Source: an uncultured virus (IMG/VR IMGVR_UViG_3300010163_001998) (Duplodnaviria > Heunggongvirae > Uroviricota > Caudoviricetes). From it: 64,000 bases of DNA. Under the pieces are notes generated by a model, which saw only the letters and a list, made by a program, of their open reading frames with translations, was not told where the DNA came from and made no database searches. The stretch lies in the IMG/VR virus record IMGVR_UViG_3300010163_001998; one strand, 5' to 3'. Position 1 is the stretch's first letter. Every line of letters starts with the position of its first letter. Below, in pieces: positions 41,125-49,600 of this stretch. A program made the position numbers and the translations under genes.

Positions 41125-42019
41125 AGCAGAAAATATAAATGAATATATGTGGAACCCATGGCATGGGTGTCATAAATGTAGTAGTGGGTGCTTACATTGT
41201 TACATGTTTGAACAAGATAGGGCATTTGGTCAGAATAGTAACATAATCAAGTTAAATAGAGCATCCTTTAGATTACCTGTTCAAAAAATAAGAAACAAAG
41301 ATACTAAAAAATTAGAAAAATACGAGTTGCAGTATAAAATTCCTAGTAATAGCATTATAAGAACTTGTCTAACAAGTGACTTCTTTATAGAAGAGGCTGA
41401 CGTATGGAGAAAAGAAGCATGGGAGTTCATACATCAAAGAAAAGATTGTTTATTCATCATAATAACAAAACGACCAGAAAGAATATTACAATGTTTACCT
41501 GATAATTGGTTAGAGGGTTGGCATAATGTAGTTATAAACGTGACAGCAGAGAATGAAAATGCTGCATGGGAAAGAATACCAATACTGCTTGATTTACCAA
41601 TAAAACACAGAGGGATTACCATAGCCCCTATGCTTGAAAGAATGGATATAAGACCATTTTTAAGTAGTGGAGTGATTGAACAAGTTAGTGTGGGTGGGGA
41701 GAGATACAATGGTTCAGATGGACCATGCAGAGTATTGGAATTAAGTTGGGTAAAAGATATAAAAGAACAGTGTGAAGAATATGACACAGCATTTAATTTT
41801 TATCAAACAGGTAGCAGATTAAAATTAGAGACAGGTCAAATTATTCATATAAACCCTAGAGATGAAAGAGGCTTAGCAGAATTTTATGATTTAGATATTG
41901 ATACAGACTTATTAGAACATTGGCAAGCAGAGGCAAGTGAAATAGAATTACAGGAATTAACAGAAGAAGCATATAGAATATATAAACAAATAACCCTATA
42001 TGACCTGGGTTTAAACTAA
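41108..42019 (+). CDS. DUF5131 (phage Gp37/Gp68) radical-SAM-like protein
   Basis: WNPWHGCHKCSSGCLHCY, SDFF, ITKRPER, VGGE. Confidence 0.88.
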   Translation: MKKPIKAENINEYMWNPWHGCHKCSSGCLHCYMFEQDRAFGQNSNIIKLNRASFRLPVQKIRNKDTKKLEKYELQYKIPSNSIIRTCLTSDFFIEEADVWRKEAWEFIHQRKDCLFIIITKRPERILQCLPDNWLEGWHNVVINVTAENENAAWERIPILLDLPIKHRGITIAPMLERMDIRPFLSSGVIEQVSVGGERYNGSDGPCRVLELSWVKDIKEQCEEYDTAFNFYQTGSRLKLETGQIIHINPRDERGLAEFYDLDIDTDLLEHWQAEASEIELQELTEEAYRIYKQITLYDLGLN

Positions 42020-42045
42020 AAAACATAAGAAAGAAGGAGAAACAA

Positions 42046-42358
42046 ATGGGAAAAACAAGTAAAAATAGTAAGAAAAAAGAAACAGAAGCAACTAAAGAGG
42101 TTAAAATCATAAATTCATTTGAGAATAACAGTAACAATGGATCCTTTGACTTTGATGAAGATGGATTAGATCCATTTGGCGGTTTTTAGAATTACAGATG
42201 CTGATTTTACATTTGGTGATTTCAATGAATCTGATATATTAAGTGACTTGGATGAACCATTTGAAGGTGTAGAATTTGATGATAATAGAAAGTATACTAC
42301 ATTAACACCACTTGATCCTGAAGCAATTACAAAATTAACTTCACTTAGTAATATGTAG
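42046..42358 (+). CDS. Small acidic protein interrupted by a +1 frameshift at 42183-42189
   Basis: AAGGAG+ATG 42046 ORF ends TTT-TAG at 42189; the +1 frame continues the same D/F-rich composition to 42358. Confidence 0.5.
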
Positions 42359-42509
42359 TGAGATATGTAACATATGATAACACAGAGGTACCTTGTATAA
42401 TATACACTGTATTTGATTCTAGAGCAATTATAGCTGTAGATATTATTGATGAGGTAAAGATAAAGGAATAACAGGGGTATATTAAGTATAAAGGAGGTGA
42501 CAATAAAAG

Positions 42510-43073
42510 TTGAACTTAGTGCATCCAATAACGGATCCTGAACAAATACAAGGAATGATAGATTATTTATACAAAAGCAGTAAAAGGGACTATATGCTAT
42601 TTGAAATAGGTATAAACCTTGGTATAAGAACATCAGATTTTTCAAATCAAAAAGTTGGGTTTTATAGAGAAGCCTGTAATAATGGATATATAGATGTGAC
42701 GCCACATAAATCAGCATCATCAGATAAAAGAGTGCTTATAAGTATAAGTGATGACCTTAAAGAATTAATCATGCAATACATTAAAAATAAAGAAGATGAT
42801 GCATGGATGTTTCCTAGTAGAAAAGGAGATGGACCTATAACAAGACAGCATATACATCGAATAATAACAGAGGCTGCACAGCAAGTAGGAATATTAGAGC
42901 CAGTAGGCTGCAATGGAATTAGAAAAACATTTGGTTACTGGTATTATAAAAAGACAGGAAACATTAAAGAATTAATGAAGATGTTTAATCATTCAAGTGA
43001 GGACATTACACTTAGATATTTAGGCATAATAAATGATAAAAAGGAAGTAACAATATATGGAAAAGACAGTTGA
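42510..43073 (+). CDS. Tyrosine recombinase, catalytic domain only
   Basis: GIRTSD, NGIRKTFGY (HxxR with H to N), NHS, TLRYLG. Confidence 0.85.
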   Translation: MNLVHPITDPEQIQGMIDYLYKSSKRDYMLFEIGINLGIRTSDFSNQKVGFYREACNNGYIDVTPHKSASSDKRVLISISDDLKELIMQYIKNKEDDAWMFPSRKGDGPITRQHIHRIITEAAQQVGILEPVGCNGIRKTFGYWYYKKTGNIKELMKMFNHSSEDITLRYLGIINDKKEVTIYGKDS

Positions 43074-43902
43074 GCAATTAAAGTATCAAGCACATGAAAT
43101 GATAAAAGTCATAGAGCAGATGGAACTTGAAAACGCAGCAGCCATAAAGAGCAGAGAAAGTCTACAGAAGACTATTGAACAAATAATGGAAAACAATAAA
43201 GATAACAAAGAAGCTCTGGATATATCAACACATGCAATTGAGATACTTAGGAAGGTCAGTGACGAAACAGTAAGTAAAGCATATGGTTTCCTTGAGCAAA
43301 ACCTTAATGAAACCTTAAAACGCATGTTTGAAAATACAACAAGAAAGATTGAAATTAAAGAATCAATTAGAGGAAATCAATATCCACAGCTAGAATTAAT
43401 ATTACATGTAGGAAATGGAAAGACACGTAGTCTTAAAACAGACAGTGGGCATGGATTAGCACAGATAGTATCAATATTAAGTATATTGAGTCTTATAGTA
43501 ATAACAGGCAGCAGAAGAATTTTAGTTATGGACGAGGTATTAAGTGGTTTATCAGTTCATAACAGAAAAATTATAACTGATATACTTTGGACATTTACTC
43601 AGATAGGCTTCCAATTCATTGTAAATGATCATGGCTATATACCAGTTGCATCACATGTATATCACTTAGCAATGGTAGGAGATGTAAGTGGTGTAAAACA
43701 ACATTATATAGCTAAGAAAGGAGTTTATTTACAGGGTGATGAATCAGATACATATGATTATAATGAGCCAACACTACAGGATATATTAAATGCTTCTGGT
43801 ATACAAGATAGTGACATACTAGAAACAACAGAAGGAGACATACCAGAGTTTGAGCAACAAACAGAAAAAACAGATGATAAAGTAGAGATACTAAGTATAT
43901 AA
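43057..43902 (+). CDS. SbcC/Rad50 C-terminal half (coiled coil, signature, Walker B, D-loop, H-loop)
   Basis: DSGHG, ILVMDEVLSGL, FIVNDH; no Walker A. Confidence 0.8.
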   Translation: MEKTVEQLKYQAHEMIKVIEQMELENAAAIKSRESLQKTIEQIMENNKDNKEALDISTHAIEILRKVSDETVSKAYGFLEQNLNETLKRMFENTTRKIEIKESIRGNQYPQLELILHVGNGKTRSLKTDSGHGLAQIVSILSILSLIVITGSRRILVMDEVLSGLSVHNRKIITDILWTFTQIGFQFIVNDHGYIPVASHVYHLAMVGDVSGVKQHYIAKKGVYLQGDESDTYDYNEPTLQDILNASGIQDSDILETTEGDIPEFEQQTEKTDDKVEILSI

Positions 43903-43941
43903 AGAGGATGCATGTAAAGAGAGGATATGCATCCTCTTTTT
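43901..43941 (+). terminator. Intrinsic terminator
   Basis: aaagaggatgcatgt / atatgcatcctcttt. Confidence 0.85.
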
Positions 43942-44103
43942 ATATTTTATGAAATATACTAAAATGCAAAATTTTTACAATCATAAGAAAGTTAAATCAA
44001 TGTACACATGTAATACTTGTTAATAAATCAACACATACCTAAAATTTGGCATATATTACAATATGGGGTAATTTTAATTTTGAATTTGTAGGAGTTGGGA
44101 ATA

Positions 44104-45288
44104 GTGTGGTGCATACGTGCTTATCTGAATAGCAACAATAATAAAATGTTGGCTGCAACTTTATTAGATGAAAATACAAACCAATTTCAAACAGTTGGTT
44201 TAGATTACCTTAAAAAGATAGTGGCTAATATAGGCGTAAAAAACTTAAGACTTGATGCTTACAATAGAGTGCAATTCATAAGCATGACACCATATAAAAG
44301 AAACTATTATGCAGTAACATATTGTGGAGATATCGAGATTCATCATTTTTGCATTATAACAAATTATAATTATGCAATAGGAACTGTAGATTGGATAGCA
44401 AGTAAGAGTTTTAATACAGAAGAATTTTTAAATGTAAATGATAGCACGCTGTCAGAAATAGAGAGTATACTTGGGGAAGATGTAAGAATCTATAATGCAT
44501 TTGTAGATAAAGATAATAGGTTAAATATATACGTTAATAAAAATACTTATAAACGAATGAGAAAAATAGATATACAAAGTTTAATACAACAAAACAAAGA
44601 TTGGAAAATAGATTTAGCAATAGATAAAAATAATAACATTATAGCAAATTCTATTGAACCTAAAACAAGTAGTGGTGAAGCAACAATACCTAATGGAATA
44701 AATAAGATAGGAAGATTTAATGGATATATAAATCATTTAACATTACCTGATTCAGTTGTGGCATTGAAACCTAAGTGTTTTTCGGAAGTGGACGACTTAT
44801 ATAGTATAACATTAGGCAAGGGTTTAAAGGAGATTCCTAAAGGTTGTTTTTATGGTTGTTCTAATTTAAAATCAATTAAATTTTCAGGCTCAGAGAAAAT
44901 AATAAGAGCAAGTGCATTTCAAGATTGTATAAAATTACAGAATGTAATAGTGACTAATGCAAATATAATAGAAGCAATAGCATTTTTAGATAGTGGAATT
45001 ACATCTGTTAAATTATTACAGTGTATAGAGATTGGAAATAATGCATTTTCATTCTGTAGTAATTTAAGAAAAATAACACTTAATGAGGGATTAAAGCAAA
45101 TAGGTAAGGAAGCATTTACAGATTGTAAAAAATTGACCTCAGTTACAATTCCTACAAGCGTTGATTATATAGGTGATAATGCATTTCAAAATTGCACAGG
45201 TTTAAAAGAAGTAAGGTTGTCACCTAGAACTAAAATACATAAAAACTCATTTATGAGAAGATGCAATATAATAATTGAGGAAAGATAA
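44104..45288 (+). CDS. BspA-type LRR protein with N-terminal shared module
   Basis: IGNNAFSFCSNL, IGKEAFTDCKKLTSVTIP, IGDNAFQNC; GTG 44104 is well spaced from AGGAG. Confidence 0.85.
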   Translation: MWCIRAYLNSNNNKMLAATLLDENTNQFQTVGLDYLKKIVANIGVKNLRLDAYNRVQFISMTPYKRNYYAVTYCGDIEIHHFCIITNYNYAIGTVDWIASKSFNTEEFLNVNDSTLSEIESILGEDVRIYNAFVDKDNRLNIYVNKNTYKRMRKIDIQSLIQQNKDWKIDLAIDKNNNIIANSIEPKTSSGEATIPNGINKIGRFNGYINHLTLPDSVVALKPKCFSEVDDLYSITLGKGLKEIPKGCFYGCSNLKSIKFSGSEKIIRASAFQDCIKLQNVIVTNANIIEAIAFLDSGITSVKLLQCIEIGNNAFSFCSNLRKITLNEGLKQIGKEAFTDCKKLTSVTIPTSVDYIGDNAFQNCTGLKEVRLSPRTKIHKNSFMRRCNIIIEER

Positions 45289-45326
45289 ATTTTATATTAA
45301 TATAAAAGTAAAGGTAGGTATAAGAC

Positions 45327-46568
45327 ATGGGTTTAACAGGTATTAAATACGAAAATATAAATTTCAATAGCATTTTAAGAGAAGGTTTACATTATCCTAA
45401 GACAAGAAATGGAACTACATTATATACACACATGGCTTCATTTGATAACAATGCATTAGATGGGGATTATTATGATAAAAAGGCAGAGAGTGACCCAATA
45501 TATATAGAACAAAGTAAACAAACATACAATTCACCTACTAATATACGTTCAATATTTATAACAGGTACAAAAATATATGTAAGATATTACACTGGACCAG
45601 TTATAAAGAATAAATCCAACGAAACATATGTAGCAAGATCAATAGAAAAATACAATAACAACAAGAATTTGTTTGAAATAGCAAAAGATATAATGTACAA
45701 TGAGCAAAAGATAGCTGCTTTCAAAGCAGAAAAGGAAGTAAATCCTAAGGCTGAATTAAAATTGTACAGTGCAAACAACACAGGCGGTACTAATAACTTA
45801 CTAAAGGCTCTATCATGTGGATGGGTTGCAAGTAACATAGAAGAATTTTATTTTGATTGGACAGCATTATTACCTAATGAAGTATTTTCAGTCATTTTTC
45901 CTAGTATATGCAGAACATCAGAATTAATAAGTATGTTTGTAAATAATCAAAATGGTAATAAATTAATTGAGAGTAAAAAGTTAAAAGAACTTATAATACG
46001 ATTTAATAATGGTGGAGTTAAAAACTTCAACCTTAGATTTCCTAGATTAAGACAAGTAGCAATGATATCTAATCTAGATAATTTATTAACTGATGCAACA
46101 AAAATAATGCTAGGTGCACCATCAAGTTATGGTGATAATTATACAGAAAATAAGCAGACATGGTTTTCAAGGAATCAAGAGGTTATAAGGCATTATGGTG
46201 GAATAGTATTATACTGTACATTTGAAGGTTTACTTGAAGATTACAAAACAAAAGAGAATGTTTATTTGTTTGACAATGAAAGACTAAAAGGATATTTTGA
46301 AAGAAACAAAGCAAAATTAAAAGACTCCAGGCGTAAATTCATGCTATCACAGAATGGTGAAGGTACAGTAGAAAATGACCTAAATGTTGAAATAGGCCCA
46401 GTTGAAAGTAAGTTGATTCAATTGGAAAAAGAACTTCCACCAGATGTTTTTAAAGGTATATTAAGAGTAAGTACAACAGGCATGACAGTAAATGAATTAA
46501 CAGAAGTATTTAAAGTATTTAGCAAAGCAAATAGAGATAAATACAAAGGAATAATAAATCTTAAATAA
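45327..46568 (+). CDS. Hypothetical protein
   Basis: 413-aa ORF with RBS. Confidence 0.85.
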   Translation: MGLTGIKYENINFNSILREGLHYPKTRNGTTLYTHMASFDNNALDGDYYDKKAESDPIYIEQSKQTYNSPTNIRSIFITGTKIYVRYYTGPVIKNKSNETYVARSIEKYNNNKNLFEIAKDIMYNEQKIAAFKAEKEVNPKAELKLYSANNTGGTNNLLKALSCGWVASNIEEFYFDWTALLPNEVFSVIFPSICRTSELISMFVNNQNGNKLIESKKLKELIIRFNNGGVKNFNLRFPRLRQVAMISNLDNLLTDATKIMLGAPSSYGDNYTENKQTWFSRNQEVIRHYGGIVLYCTFEGLLEDYKTKENVYLFDNERLKGYFERNKAKLKDSRRKFMLSQNGEGTVENDLNVEIGPVESKLIQLEKELPPDVFKGILRVSTTGMTVNELTEVFKVFSKANRDKYKGIINLK

Positions 46569-46605
46569 AAGATTAGAATTAGAAGTTAGATAGGAGTTAT
46601 TTAAC

Positions 46606-49600
46606 ATGAGTGCAGAATCAAAGTTATTAAATAATATAAACATAGCAAAATATGTGTATACAACACCTGGTGTGAATAAAGACCTATTAAATAAATATGA
46701 GGCATTGGCAACTGTAAAGTTAGATAAAATAACAACACCTGAACTAATACTGTTAAACAAGGATAATATGTCAGTATTACTTAATAGACTTGTGTTAAAA
46801 TCAGCAGTAAAATCTGTTACAGCAACCAGTTTAGCTAGTGAATACCCTAAGCTAACTAAGATGATAAGAAAAATAGAAGCTAGTAGGTTAACTGGTCAGA
46901 TAAAACAGGAAACATACACATGTTTAAAAAATGAGTTAGCTAATGTAATAAGTACTGATATGCAAGTAATTAACGAAATTACAGTTGATGATGTGCGTAA
47001 CAGTATATTAACCTTTGGATTACCTGATACCCAAGAAAAAGTAGACACAGTAGATGAGTCATACAGCAATATTGATATAGATATACTTGATAATATTGAG
47101 AATTTGTTTAACTCACAAGATGAAGAAAACTCAGACCAATGGGGTCAGGACATTGAAATAGAAGATGAAGAAAGCGAAGAAGGCGAGGGCGAAACTTATG
47201 TTGAAGAACCAGACATTGAAACAGAGGATGAAGAACCAGACATAGATATAGACATAGAAGAAGATGAAGAGGAGCAGTTAAGAGAAGAACAAGAGGAACA
47301 AGAGGAACAAGAAGAACAAGAGGAACAAGAGGAACAAGAGGAACAAGAGGAACAGAAGAGAAAGCAGTCACTCGAAGAAGGTGACGTAGCAGGAAAAGCT
47401 ATAGAAATAGATGAAGAAACTAATTTAAAAAATGCACACTTAACCGCAACGGTTAATGTTATACTGAATAATATTATGGAGGTCTATACACATATATACC
47501 AGCCTTTATTTACAAATCCTCCTAAGGGTGTTTTATATACAAATGAAAATAAAGTTAAAGATATCATGTGTGTAGGTAAGAGTGGTGAAAAAGAAGGTGT
47601 GAAGGTACATAATATACCTTCTTTAACTCCTTTTGTAGGTTTGATTTATGATACCATAGCTAAACAGTATGAATTAAGAGAAGCACCTAGAGTTGATGGC
47701 AAACATAATGATGGTATGGGCATAGATGCAAAATGGATGAACCCTGACGGATCTATGCAATACAATTATGCACCTCATATACAAGTCAGAAACTGTATGG
47801 GAGTATATAGAGATAAAGATAATGGACTTTTAAAAAGAGCAAAGACATGGCAAGAATTTAAAACAAAAATTTCAAAAGATTTAAAACCTACAATATTAAG
47901 CCTATTATCTAGAGTAAATATACCAGAAAATGACCCTACAAAAGCAACATTGCTTAAAGCAATGAAGTCTATACAGGAATTTTATACCACTATAGTCTTG
48001 GTAAATGAATTTAGTACAGAGAAGGTAATGAGATTTACCATTTGTAATAGCTCAGCATCACTCAATAATAAAACGTCTACATTAGCAAAAAATATTATTG
48101 CATGTAATCCATTGTTGAAAACAAGTTTAGACGAATATAAAATAATGAATGATTCCGAGATAAATGGAATAAAAGAGATACTTATAGTTACCAATAAAGC
48201 AAAATATAGTGGTGAGATAAACTTTGCATATAAAACATTAGGTAAGCTACTTCAAGCAGGCGGAACCATAGACCTAGGTCATACTGTTGTAGGTACAACA
48301 GTAAGAGATGGTAAGCCATTTGAAGTCAATCTTAACAATAGATCATATACATCTATAGCTATCATGGCAGGCTCTGGTTCAGGTAAGGGTGTATTAACTA
48401 TGTCATTATTAGCAGCCATATTAGGTGCTAAATGTCCAGTAGTATATCTTGATTACAAGCCAGATATGGCAGGAGCATTCTGGGCATTAGAGAGAAAATA
48501 TAAGGTACCCATTCTAGCCATAGATGGTTTAAATCATAGTACAGCAGATGCAAAGCCAATAAGAGATTACTCACCTGGGCATGGTATATTAAAGTCAATA
48601 AGAGAAGATGTACTCCCTGAACTTGGTACTATTGCATATGTTAAGGGTGTTCAATTAATGAACCTTTTAGGTGGTGCAAGACTTAATGGTATAATGAGCA
48701 GTAAAAGAAGGATATTCTTCGTTTTAGATGAGGCAGAGAAGTGTGGAGCAAGCATTGAAAGATCTAAAAAAGCAATTGAAACACAGATGAATAAACATAA
48801 GCCTAAGGGTAAAGATGCAACAGAAAGTGAAGAATATAAATATTTAAAGAAGTTATATTCCCTGTATGCAACTGTTGGTGACTCTGCAGATGAATTTTTA
48901 AAAACTAATGGTAGATCAGGTAACATGGCAGCCATTACATTAGGGCAATCTGCTTATATAAATGCTTGGAGAGGACCATTTAAATCAATGGCGATTCAGA
49001 GTGCTGTTAAGTTTTTGGGCACTGGTAGTGATAAGGGTGGAGCAGGCATAGATAAAAAAGTAGATGGTTATGAAATGCTTGGTATGGGCTACTTTGGTTT
49101 TGTAAATGGCGGAGATTCAAGTAGAGAAAACACTACAATGATAAAAACAACACTAGTATTGAATGATGCTGACTTTGATGCATCATCAATGACAGGTGGA
49201 ACATTTACTAAGTCATTACTTGATAACATTAAAGATGATGCAATAAAAGATGATGTCATTAATAATGATTTAGTAGTATCAGAAGATAATGAAATAGCAT
49301 TAAATTATGGATTGACAGCAGGTCAAGCGAATCCTTTAGTAGGATTTCCTGGATTAATAGAGTTTATAGGAAAGAACACTGGTAACTTCGACATACAAGA
49401 GGCATTACATGCAGGATATAAAGAAGTAGAAACATTACTTAACAAGTTAGGAATAGTTGGAGAGGGAATGCCTTATAGTAATGTTGATGAATATATGTAT
49501 TCAGCAAAAGAGGACAGCTTATTTTCATTTGGACAGTTTAGAGAAGCACTTAGACATAATATGACCATATATGATTATATACAGAATGGTGCAGAAGATG

